NCBI GenBank assembly: GCA_045837725.1
Contig: JBEWZL010000203.1
Coordinates: forward strand, 62,001 to 119,616
DNA from: Vermamoeba vermiformis
Taxonomy: Eukaryota
Direction of reading: 5' to 3'
Length of the DNA: 57,616 nt
Part shown: one piece after another, positions 1-12,175 of the stretch
How positions within the stretch are numbered: position 1 is the stretch's first letter
Layout of the letters: each line of letters begins with the position of its first letter
The notes under the pieces: model-generated
Database searches by the model: none
Told to the model about the DNA's origin: nothing
The model's input: only the letters and a program-made list of their open reading frames with translations
Position numbers and translations under genes: made by a program

Positions 1-70
1 AAATTTGGTAATAACGCGTTTTTTCCTTATATAGATCACCACGTACCTGTCTTTATTATATTTAGGCTTA

Positions 71-2192
71 TCAATTGGTCTTGTTATCTTCGTCAAAAAA
101 TCTCGGACAGTCGCGTGCCATCGCGTGATAATCAACCTGGTACACTTTTCTGGCCGGTCTTATGTTGCCAGCCGGTTTGATCTCAGGAGCAGTGATGTAC
201 TTTGCATAGCCCAGCATTGTAACAATAATATCGCAGAAGATTTCAGCCGAGACAAGTTCGAACTGACCTTGCGGAATAAGTGCGTGTGCTTCGAGAGGCA
301 CAAACAATTCGTTGCACCCTACGCCAAGCAAACTACGCACTGATTTTGTAAATGAATGGGATTTTGGGGGAGGCGCTGGAGTGTAGGATTTGATTGTAGG
401 CCGGGGAAAAGCGCAGATGCTGCAAACGAGCACCTGCGACCAATCATCATCGAACACTAGCTGCGCTTCAATCGCGTGCATGAAACTGTCACTACTGAAA
501 CAATTGACAACTTGCTCTGAATCGTAAGCTGGATCCAAAGGATTAGTATCGGAATCACTTTAATTTTTTCAATAAAAACCACAATGTATCTTACCTACGA
601 TATTTAACTTGCGTGAAAGCTCTTTAATTTGACGCGAGTAGCATTTTCTATCGGCGCCGGAGAAATTTAGCAGCAACGGCCAAGATCCGACATCATCGCT
701 TTTTTGATCCACAACCTTAGTATTATTAGTGAATATTCTATAATAATACGATATTAACTCTACCTCAGATATAGTTGCACGAGCAGTAGCATTGACGCGC
801 AGCAATCGTAAATAACGAGCGTACTCTTCCAAGTCACTCGGTGAATACAAATCTATTTGTAACAAGTTATAATAATGACATTAATATTCAACGTTTCTAC
901 TTACCATATTTGGTAATGTCCATCGGCATGAATCCTCGGCGGTCCGAAAACAACTTGCTCACGAGAAGGTTATGTAACTTTTCCGAGCTTAGCCTTATTC
1001 CAACTCGTGTTAATAGGTCTTGAAGTCTATCAGGGTGTAGTATAATTGGATCCTCTGGTATGAAATTTAAAGGCTGAATCTTGAACCGAGTACTGGACAA
1101 ATCCAGATTTTTGTTGCATAGTTCCTCTGCCGCGCTTTTGTCCTCGGTAAGTAAAAACAACGTAGAATCCATACTAGGACCTTCGTCTATATAAGGTTGC
1201 GTGGATTTTGCCTTCCAACCCAGATTTAGTAACTTTCCTTCCAAATCCACAAGCCGAAGCACTCCAAAACCTAACCTCTATATCAATACAAATAGTACAA
1301 TAACAATATGTGTATATATAAGATACCTTCGGTGTACATATAGTAGCCACGATCAGAGTATTTCCCGTACACATAACAGTGATCTGGAGAAATACAATTA
1401 GAGCACGCTTCTATACATGATTGAAGGCTTATAATATTCTTGCCTATCATTGTCATCCTCGATATTAACTTAAAATACTCTTGCTCCTCCTCTGGAGTAA
1501 ATTCTAACAATTCAAATATTTCTCGCTTCACATTTGCAAACTGGAATCTGTACATCAAGGATGGATATATTAAATTGTCTATATGTTCCATAATCTCGGT
1601 TCTATCGGCCAACTGCATAACGAGTTAGGCCCGTACACGGTCCGGCGTAGACAGCAAGTAGTAACTTACGTTTTCACTTGACTCGGCTCGCAGGACGTCG
1701 CTATGCATCCAAGTCAAATAATATGCACCTATTTAAACATTTTAGTCTCTAAGATATTAAATAAGTGGCTGCGTGCCTTACATATTTCAGGCATCATGCG
1801 ATTTTGCAATAATTTCAAAAATAAACTCCATCCTTCGTCTACCGTGCTACTTTTGATTCCTTCATTAATGATGATGGTAAGTATACTAAATAAATAATCG
1901 TTCTAATATTTTACCGAATTTTGTTTCCAAATAACCGGATGCTCTTCTCCGTGCAACCTTTCTCCACAAGTTATTGACAGAGGCAAATGCTAGAGGAAAT
2001 ATTTCATATTTTTGGAATATTACTTCGACAATATCATAAATGGTGAGCGGATTTGGAGTTGTGTTTGATTGAGAAAGCAAATCTTCCTCGTACTCGTCAA
2101 CATAATCTTCATCACCGTGGCCTATAACTATAAAATTGTAAGGCTAACCAACAAAAGGACTAGTCCTTACTCTTGCTTGCAATCAAGCCCAT
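71..2192 (-). CDS. Multi-exon F-box-like protein with possible N-myristoylation start (MGLIAS)
   Basis: ORFs 1886-2080, 1283-1618, 897-1262, 569-865 and 71-538 are separated by GT-AG introns. N-terminal NPLTIYDIVEVIF...FASVNNLWRKVA resembles an F-box. The junction near 1830-1915 is uncertain. Confidence 0.5.
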
Positions 2193-2443
2193 AATATTAA
2201 GAGAAAGAAAAATAACTTATTTTTTGCTAATGATCAGCGTGTTGGCTAGTATTCAAAATCTTCTGTATGTTTGTTACGTAACAAGCATTACACCAGGATC
2301 AAAAATAAAGGTCTTGGGACCGTTAAGACACTGACGTGTCATAATTTGAAAAGATTAAAAAAAGTTAGTTCCTTTGTACGAAACTCTCATTTATTTGATT
2401 GGTTTACGTACGTCTGTACATCAATAGTAAAATATTTAATACA

Positions 2444-3654
2444 TTATTCGCTGCTGTCCTCGAAGATCGAGTCGTCCTTCGCGTACTTTCGAATATTATG
2501 GGCCATTTCGTACATCGTATTCGCCATTGCACTATTAATAACACCAACAGGGATCCAACCATTAATATCGACTTGGTTCATCAATAGGATCTTCGTATGA
2601 CCCTTGCCATTGACTTCAACGTGCTCCAATTGAATTCCACTCGAGTACGTAGTAGCCCGAACAAAATGCTGTTTAAATAGAATTAGAACATTGCCTAAAA
2701 AGGAAATGATGACTTTGAAAGCCGAAGTTACCTTTTCAGGCTTATATTTATCGACGTCAATGCTCGTTCCGACCATTTTGAATTGAATAATTACATCGCC
2801 TTGTCTAATCGTCTTAACGTTTCTATAATAGCGCTATTAGACGAGCCATATTGATAGTAACAATAACGCTATAACTTACCGAGCATCAACAAAGTCTCTA
2901 GCGCTCACGACGGCAATGGCATTGGTGCAGTACCGCGCAATGCAAACTTCTTCGTCAATGTGCTCAAGGACACTAAGATCGTGGAATCCTTTGTCCCATT
3001 TACGACGCACTTTAGGATCTAAAACATTATGGTATTAGAATGCGCTCTTAAAAATGTAGCGCGATCAGTAGGCCATGGAAATTTGACTTAAAATACGAAC
3101 ATTATTCGTTGACCTATTAGAGGCATTACCTTTAAACATCTTCAAAACCCGTCCTATTTCTTCTTCTACGATGCATTCGAGTCTCCAAACGGGAGGGCGC
3201 TTTTTGTCAGTGAAGATCTTCGATTTCGAGATGACAATACCGTGCTATAAATGAAGAATAAATAAATATAGAGTATATTCATTACTTTAATGTAATTTGA
3301 AGGTCAAAATAGGTCGACTGCACAGATTTCGGTAAAATAGTTTCCCCGTTCGGAGCAATAATAATTTCGATTATCAAAAAACCCAAAAAAAATATATAAT
3401 ACTGTAAATATTAAGCCCATCTTGTGGGAATAATGAAGAAAAATCAATTAATAATTTGTGACACGGGAAACAGACTGGATCTGTCTCCAATTAGACTCAA
3501 GAAATAAGGTTATAGGCATATAAGTGGGCGATATTAAATTAGTACTTACACTGTCTTTCTCAATCTTCCAGTCGTTCGCGGCGAGTTTCTGATCCCACTC
3601 GAGCAATGCCTCCGCTGCAAGCTCACGTGCCTTTTTAACAACAGCGTCTTCCAT
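2444..3654 (-). CDS. START-domain lipid-transfer protein
   Basis: Spliced translation gives DPKVRRKWDKGF, VVSARDFVD, FVRAT and QVDINGWIPVGVINSAM, typical START-domain motifs. Confidence 0.9.
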
Positions 3655-4091
3655 TTGCCGGTATTAAGTGGTGTTCGTATCTTCAATGATTAACAAAATA
3701 AAACTTGTTAGACATAAAAAAAAGTCATGTGGTGGAAATTGCGGAATTGAATTCTCGTTGGTCCTCTCCTTCAATAACACGTAATTCTAGCGTACCGTGC
3801 CTTAAATATTGATATCATCGTGGGAATTCGAGAGAATTGATCGATACCGCTGGTGGTACATGTTTTTTAGATTTCTTATGTATTTAGATCGCGACAATGG
3901 CTCCTCCAGTACAAGACGGCCAAAAATGGAATTCCAAAAATTGGCTCGCGAATAATTACTCGGGACTTAGTGTGGGCTATTTTCGTTTTTTCAATTCCGG
4001 TGTGATTTCGCCGCACAATTTTTAGCCGTGATTTTTTTTAGGTTATTCTTACGATTACTCTTCAATCGAAACAACTCACCTCAATTTAATC

Positions 4092-6115
4092 ATGGCCGAA
4101 TCAGTCCTTGGAAGTGGCAGCCGCACTATCAACATCACCATTGAAAGCGCCAAAAATCTTCGCGCTGCCGATCTCAACGGTAAATTACTACTTTGATTGA
4201 TTTTAAGTTGCTTATTATAAACGCCTTATTGACAAATGCAATCTATATAGGCAAGTCTGATCCCTACGTCGTTTACGACTGGGCTGAGAGACCCAGAACT
4301 AAGAGAACTGCCAAAACTCACGTTATTGACAAGAACTTGGTGAGTACTTGCACACATAGTTAACTCTTAGTGACTTAGAACAATGATCGGTTTTTCGGAG
4401 TGATTTAAAATTTGCTGTTGGAAAACAAATCTGAACTTTTTATTTGTGGCTAAAATTCCTTATTTATTGTTGCTACTTCTCCCATTAACGTAATTGATTT
4501 TAGAACCCTGTTTGGCACCACCATGGTCATTTGTAAGTCTCTTTTAATTCAGATTTCGCTCGCGTGCCGCTAAAAGCGAATTTAGGTACTACTCTTCCCC
4601 CAAGACCACCAACGTCATTGAATTCGACGTTTGGGACAAGGATGTTATCGGCAAGCATGATTTCTGTAAGTTTACCACAAACCAAAAACTCAATCTTCGA
4701 GGAGTTCAATCCAACTGAAATCTTTACTTTAGTGGGTTACGCCTTGATCGACATTGGTAAGGCCCTTGAGAAGAGCAAGGAGCCCACCCAAAAGTTCGAG
4801 CTCGAACTTCGCCCTCGTCCTGAGACTAAGAAGAAAACCGCTGAGAAGATCAAGGGTACTTTGATCGTTAGCTTGAAGTTCCCCGAGTCTGTAAGTACTG
4901 CAAATAGCGACCGTAATTTAATAGTGGACCATGTGGCTAACTTTCAATTTTTAGCTCTTGGTTGACGAGAAGGAACTTGAACAACTCGGAAAGGTCTCCA
5001 AGTGTAAGTTTAAGACCGATTTAATTTACTAAAAATTCGCTAATTTTATCGCATAGTCGGTAACGATTTGTTGGCTGAAATCATCGTCAACTACAAGAAG
5101 GTTGCCGGATCTGGTGGTGTTTCTGGCAAGCAACAAATCATGTCCTTGGCTCGTAATGCTAAGGTTATCGATTTATTGGTGCGTATTGAAAACTTGATAA
5201 TTAGGGAACCAGTTAAGAAAAGTGTAATTAACTAGAAATCTTCCTTCAGATCGAGCTTAGCGGCAATGCTGAAGCCAAGAACATTGACGCCAGATTGAAG
5301 GACAAGGTCTTCTCTGATCCCGCTATGGAGGAGTTGTTCTACAACCAAATTTTGAACATGTTTGACATCAACAGAGACGGCAACATTACCCTCGAAGAGT
5401 TCGTTCAAGGTTTGTCCACCTTGACTCACGGCACTCGAGACGAGAAGGCTGCTCGTAAGTAACCTGTTATTACTATCGGCTCTAATGGCAGAAGGCTAAT
5501 AACGCTCCTTTTACCCGTTAGTCCACTTCGCTGTTGCTGATGAGAACGGTGACGGTGAGTTGACCCTCGATGAAGTCATCAAGTTGCAAAAGGGTGTCTT
5601 CCAAGCTGCCAAGATCGGCTTCAAGGTCGGATTCACGTAAGTCCTCGCATGAACACTATACAAGTCGAGACACATACCAACCTTGTATTAGTGAGGGTGG
5701 CAAGGAATTGATCAAGCCTTACGGTCCTTTGAGTCAATCCGAGTTCAACGAGTTGCTCAACATGCTCCTCACCATCTTCGACCTGAGCGAGATTGCTGAG
5801 TTCGCCGCTCAACAAATCTTCGTAAGTACCAGTCGTATAAACACCTGCGCTCGATCCAGTTCTAACCTCACTCGATAGTCCTCTCAAGATAAGGACAAGA
5901 ACGGAAAGATCTCCAAGGAAGAGTACATCGCCTGGTACTGCAATGACGCTGAACGCACTCGCATTCAAGGTAAGTTAGAAGATGCAGCTTGTGTGATCAC
6001 GTCTGACTTGAATTTCCTTTCAGAGCTCATCACCGCCAAGGCCAAGCCCATCATTGAGAAGAAGGCCCTTGCTGTCGGTACTCAAGTGCAAAACTTCTTG
6101 CTCAAGCATTTGTAA
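4092..6115 (+). CDS. C2-domain plus EF-hand calcium-binding protein
   Basis: C2 motifs AKNLRAADLNGKSDPYV, NLNPVW and FDVWDKDVIGKHDF. EF-hand loops DINRDGNITLEE, DENGDGELTLDE and DKDKNGKISKEE. Confidence 0.9.
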
Positions 6116-6265
6116 AGTTTTTGAGTTTCGACTAACCCGGATTCCACGTTGCGCGATCCGGTTCCTTTTTTACAACCTTGTTTTTATACGAAATACTAAT
6201 AAATAACTAAATTTTAATTTAACAACTGGTTTATTCAAACACCTTAAAAAATACAAAGAATTAAC

Positions 6266-7690
6266 TTATTTAGCACGAGGACCGTATCTCTTCTTCTTTT
6301 CTTCGAGATCGCGGCTCATCCACCAAAGGGCACCATCACTGTTGCCAGAAGAACCACCAGAACCACCGTAGGCAGAACCACCGTACTTCTTGCAAGCAAT
6401 GCGGACGGCAGCTTCGGCAGTGATCAAAGCCTAAAAAAAGGAGTTAGATTCAGATTCGCAAAATCATTAGCTCAAAAACGTTCTATGTGCTCGATAAGAT
6501 CCTTACCTTGTTCAACTCTTCCTTAAGAGGGCTAGACTCGATTTGAGCAAGCATGTTCTTGGCACCAAGAGCCTTGACACCAGTACCTTGGGATTCGGCT
6601 TCAAGTCTGGCCTTTTCTTCTTCGTAAGCACGAATGCGCTTGTTGACCTCTTCGAGGGCCAAACGAGCCTTCTTGATTTCAGGGTGTTCATCACCGTGGT
6701 TCTAAAAGAAAAAAAAAAGAATTAATTCCGATCTCTCGTTGTAACGGTCAAAAATTAATTAATTAATTACCATGGAGCGGGTGCAGAAATCGGCAGGGTT
6801 GGCAACATCTTGGTATTGGTACAACAAGTACTCCAAGAAAGAAACACGACCGTCGAAGTTAACGTCGACCTTCTCTCTCAATTCCTAATTGAAGGTAAAA
6901 ATTAGAAACGCAGCCCAAAAAATTCAGAAAAAACAAATAACTACGTACTTGTTTTCTCTTGAGGGCAGTCATCATAGTGGGGATAGAGCGCTTGTAGCCA
7001 TCCTTCCACTTGGCGTTCTTGGGCTCTTCGCAGAACTTGCAGAGTTGTTCATAGAAGTACAATCCAATATCGAAGTCGAGATCGTTACCCTCTTCGTATT
7101 TGTAGACCAAGGAGATACCCTTGAAGTGCATATCGGCGTACTTGATGGTTTCCCAAGCAACGCTAAGCAAAAGATACGTTAGTCTTATTTTCTACGCCGA
7201 GACACAAAATCAGGAAAATTGGATAAATATTATGCTAGTGGTACTATAACCCTGCTTTTAGTAAGGTAAGGAAAAAGAGGTTATTTCGAAATTTACCTGT
7301 AGATGAACTCGGCTTCATCCTTAGCCTCAGGCCAGTAAGCGTTCAAGAAAGCGACGGCTTGTTGAGAGAAGGGCTTGGCGCAAACTTCGTTGAAGAACTT
7401 GAGGGCCTCAGCGTCCAACTTCTCAGTGAAAGAAGGAGCAGTCTTTTGTCCTAGTAATTATTTGGTCAGATTAACCGTTCAAAAAAAAAGATTTTCTCGT
7501 ACAACGCGCAGTTCTCTCGTGTATTTTGACGAGTATTATTGGTGAGATATTTTATTGCGCTAACGCTCGAATCTTCGCGTTATTCGCTTTGTTTCAGATT
7601 GAAGGTAAATCTGCGAGACGAAAAATTTTGTAGGAGGTACATACTGTTGAGGGCTTCAAAGTCCTTAGGGGGTCTGGGTGATTCAGCCAT
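6266..7690 (-). CDS. abpB: Calcium-regulated 34-kDa actin-bundling protein (ABP34)
   Basis: WETIKYADMH, GNDLDFDI.LYFYEQLCKFCE, ELREKVDVNFDGRVSFLEYLLYQY and WWM.RDLEEKKKRYGP match Dictyostelium ABP34 as recalled. Confidence 0.93.
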
Positions 7691-8125
7691 TGTAATGTGT
7701 TGTGGTGTGTTTAGAGAGGTGATAATAATAACCAAAAAAAAAAATCTTCGGCATAAAAATCTCGCTGTTTTGGAATCACAAAAAAAATCAATTTTCAGCT
7801 CGCAGTATGGACCAATCAAAAAAGGCGCCGTTGAGCTGTTAATCTTCGATTGCCTAGATTTCCTTTCATATCTTTTCGAGTTAATAAGGCGATATAACGG
7901 GTATCAAGCCAATTTCCAAGCGTTACTGCGCTTAGAAAGTGGTTGAAGGATCTAGGGCAAATTGAACTTGAATCGCTTTCGTGTTGCTTGGAAAAAATAT
8001 TAAAAAATATAATATCATATCTTATGCTCAAATAATGCTGTTCAGAGAAAATTAGCGGATTGGCTGCCATAAAAATATTTTTGTGTTACACAGAATCTTT
8101 TTGCTTCTTTAGCCAGCGGTGAACC

Positions 8126-11100
8126 ATGGAAAGCAATAATGCCGATAAGGTAAGTTAAGACACATACCAGTCATATTTGAGCTACTTACTTAACTGCCTG
8201 TTAGTTGTCCTGGACTGGCACGCACTCAAGAAAAGATTTTCTCACGAAGATTGAGGCGGAAATTCAGCAGTATTGGGAAAGAAAGAATATCTTCGACGTA
8301 GATGCAACAAAGACAGACGATAGCGCGAGGAACAAAGTACATCCACAACTGACATCCAAGCGTCGCTGCTAACTTTTTAATTAGTATTACATCACTATTC
8401 CTCCAGTGATTGCCAGACGGCCAACATATAGCGAGCTGACTCTATTCAGAGCTGAGGTTGGTTTTAAATCAATTTTACCAATTTAATTTATTAAGATTAA
8501 TTCTTTCGAGACAGTTCATTGCAAGTTATCAACGATTGCGGGGTAAAAACGTCCTATTTACGCTCGGGTTTAACAAGGCCGGTATTGCGGTAAGCTATTG
8601 CCAGATTTTAAAATGAGTCCCAATCGGTTGGATTATACAGCCTTGGTTCGAGGATTATCTGAAGTGGCGAAATCAACAACAAACTCAAAATTCCGTCGAG
8701 AATAGCGAGAGTACTACGACTGGATACAAATTGAAGTCAAAGGTCAAGGGTGCAGATTTCCAATGGATACCAGTTACATTGAAAAGCTATGGTCTAAATG
8801 ACGAAGAAATATTAACTTTGACCGAAGAACGATTGACTGAAGTGCTTATCGACAGATACAAGGTACAGCGGACCAACAGCTGCTTGTTGAAGGAATACTA
8901 ATTGCTTCAATTAGAAACAAATAAGAGCACTTGGCCTTAAAGTGGATCTACGCCGGTCGTTTTACTCGTGGAGTGCGCATTACGCTTCTTTCCTTAATTG
9001 GCAATTCACGAAATTGCGTCTTCATAATCTGCTTCTCATTGACGCACGGTAATTATGATCCTTTCTTTCATAATAGCAAGTCACTAATATATTCGTAGAT
9101 ACGGCCGATATTCTGCGAATCAGCGTTATTTTTTGACGTCGGATCAAGATCTGCTTCGTGGCGAAGGAGAATTGCCAACAAAATACGCGGCCGTCAAACA
9201 ATTGTTGGTAGAGCCTTATCCACTTATTATCAGAGAATACGAAGGACAGTTTCCAATCTATTTATTGACTTCTCATAGTCGAGCTGGAATTGCCGTTTAT
9301 GGTCAGACAAACATTTTTGTCCTGCCCGAAGACGAGTATGGATTATACGAGTTTAAGAATGACCTAATATTAATATGCTCGGCGTATGCGGCTAAAAGTA
9401 TGTCAAGAAAAGGATATCGAGAGAAATGATAGACTAATTTTATCGCAGATCTGGCTCACCAAGGTTGGAGCACGGAACATGGAGTAGTCAAATGTCTGAA
9501 AAGTTTTTACGGTGCCCAACTGATCGGAGCAAAGGCCGAGACGGTATTTTCCAATCACAAGCAAGTTTACGTGTGGCCAGCTGTTCAAAATGACGCGTGG
9601 AAATGGGTCCACACAGGCCTCTTAATCTCGTGTCCATCGATCAGCTACGCAGATTGCTATTCATGGAAGTGCTTAAGAGAAAGAGAAGAGTTTAGAAAGC
9701 AATATGGCTTGGATAACAGCCAAGTCATGCCCTTCGACGCGTTGGATCTCGCAACTTCTCGAGACAGAGGCCTTCTGCGAGATTTGAATTTGAACACGTT
9801 GAAGGAGATTATATCTCGAGGCTATTCGATACAATACTGCCTCGACATAATTGTTGAGGGTGACTATACACCGTTGGTTGACATCGAAGGCTTCCGTACG
9901 AAGTAAGATCCGGATCTCCTTCGAGTATCCGTATATTGATTGTTTATAAAGCGACTATGCCTTTTTGAAGAAGAAAGAAGAGGAGATGTTGAATTCAGGA
10001 CTCGCTATCGCATATCATTCAACTGCGAGAGTAAGCAGCTTGATGAACCAATCATCTTTTAACCCTTTTTTCCTTATTAGGAAGTCGTGCTGCGTACTGG
10101 CGAGAAATGCGTTGTTTCAAGCACTCCTGTTAATTTAATCAACTATAGAGACGAAAACTGGTCTACTCGTGCGGGACTGTAAGCATTTAAACATTCGTAT
10201 ATCATTAACGGAGTTAGACTTAATCATATTCGTACAGCTGTATGGATAAGATAAATCTCGGAAAGAACGAGAGAAATTTATTAGAGGCAGCGTGGTATGG
10301 CACGGTAAGTCTCTAGTTAGTTTGAATTAAGTTATAATGTAATTTTGAATGCAGCCTGCATTTGAATTCTTTCGGCACCGAAATTTCGACAGTTTGGCAC
10401 TGCACGAAGCCGACAAAATCGATTTGACGCCATCTTCCACGCTGTGCTCGGCCTTCTCAGCAATTAGCCATATACTTTTACGGTATAACATTGATCCTAA
10501 GGATTTGACTTATGACGTAAGTAACGAGTACACGAGGTTCATTTTACCATACAATTTTTTGACGTTGTTTTATTTAAGGTCTATGAATATGTATTCGGTA
10601 GTATAGAGAGTGTAAGCAATTCATCTATTACTAAGGACGTGTTGGACGAGTTGCGAAGAGAGTTCAAGTACTGGATGCCGGTGGATATCGAAGTTTTAAC
10701 GAACAGCAATATCAGAACTGTTGGCCTATATGGCATATTTGATAGCATAGAGTTATTGGGCGAAGAATACTATCCTAGGGCATATTATGAGGCACCTGCG
10801 AAGTTTAAAGGAATGTACCGGTTTAATGAAGAACGTCCGCACAGTTTTCTGCCAAATTATCCAGCAGACGTTGCAAGACTTGTATTATCAGCGACTATGG
10901 AGCAAGAAGAAGCAACTTGCGAGCAAAACGATTGCGATACTGGTATTATTCAGTTGACGAAAGAATTCGCTTGGATCCAACAAGTCTATGGTTCCGAACA
11001 ACTAACGGACAGTGAAGATACGACAGAATTCGCCGAACTATTATTTTCTACCCAAATTAACAAAGCTATAATCGGGGCAACTGAGGCTTGGGAAAAGTAA

Positions 11101-12106
11101 GCTCCGGATGCTTTATATTATATTTATCATGGGATTTCTAACCGATTATTCGTATAATAGTAACAGAACAGCTATTGCCGTCAAAGAAGGCTTTTATCAA
11201 TTAATGAATTATCGCAATAATTACAGAAGTTTTTGCGAATCCGCTGGCAGACCTATGAACAAGTCTCTTATTCATCGTTATGTACGAACATTATTGATAA
11301 TGTTGAGCCCTATATGCCCTCACATAACGGAGTACGCATGGCTGAATGTTATGAAAGAAGAGGACAGTATTTTGAAGGCAAAGTGGCCAGATGCAGATCC
11401 GGTCGACGAAGAGGTTCTACTGATTGACGAATACTTAACTTCATTAGTATCTACTGCACACGCTCGCAAGAAATTGTTTTTTCAGAAACGGGTACTTGCC
11501 TAGTCTCATGTAACGGCGGATCTTACCTTAATAACAAAATCTTTAGGTGCCCAAAAGAAATCCTGGTATATTAGAGAATGCCTTCATTCTAGTAACAACC
11601 AAATATCAAGGAGTATGCGCGGATGCATTGAAAGCTTATTACGATTACATTACTGAGGTACGATCCCGATCTTAGATGTGTTTCGAATTCTGACAATCTG
11701 CTCTTAGTATCCTCATGAATTTCCTTTGGAAGAACGCGATGCAATTAACAAATTAGTATCGAGAGATCCAACCCTTTCTAATCAAAAAGGAAAAGCAGTC
11801 CAATTCCTTCAGCGACTCAAAGGCCGGATCACTTGGACGCCAGGCAGTTCTTTAGTGATTACCGAAGAATACTCATTCAACGAAAAGAAGATATTGGAAA
11901 CTTACAAGAAGTATTTAGCAGCGTAAGTACTTCGTCTTTATATTCACTGAAACGCGGATCTAACCCGCTTGTTGTTACGCAGCAAATTTGGTGTTAAACA
12001 AGTTACAATATTGGAATATAGTCCAGAATATCGATACGAAGGTGTATCACAGCCGTATGCCCCTGCGATAATATTCAACGACAATCCAGTGCCAAAGCAA
12101 CAGTAA
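8126..12106 (+). CDS. Divergent cytosolic-type leucyl-tRNA synthetase-like protein lacking HIGH and KMSKS motifs
   Basis: Collinear LeuRS landmarks: EFIASYQRLRGKNVLF, LGLKVDLRRSF, YASFLNWQF, GQTNIFV (CP1), LRREFKYWMPVD and LSPICPHITEYAW...SILKAKWP. Confidence 0.85.
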
Positions 12107-12175
12107 CTCCAGTGTTGCAGCAATTGATGTGATATAAAAACACAAGTTTTAATTTTACAAGCGATATTATAATTA

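Noticed and set aside
71-2080. Frameshifted pseudogene or operon of small ORFs
   Set aside because: Most breaks coincide with canonical GT-AG introns.
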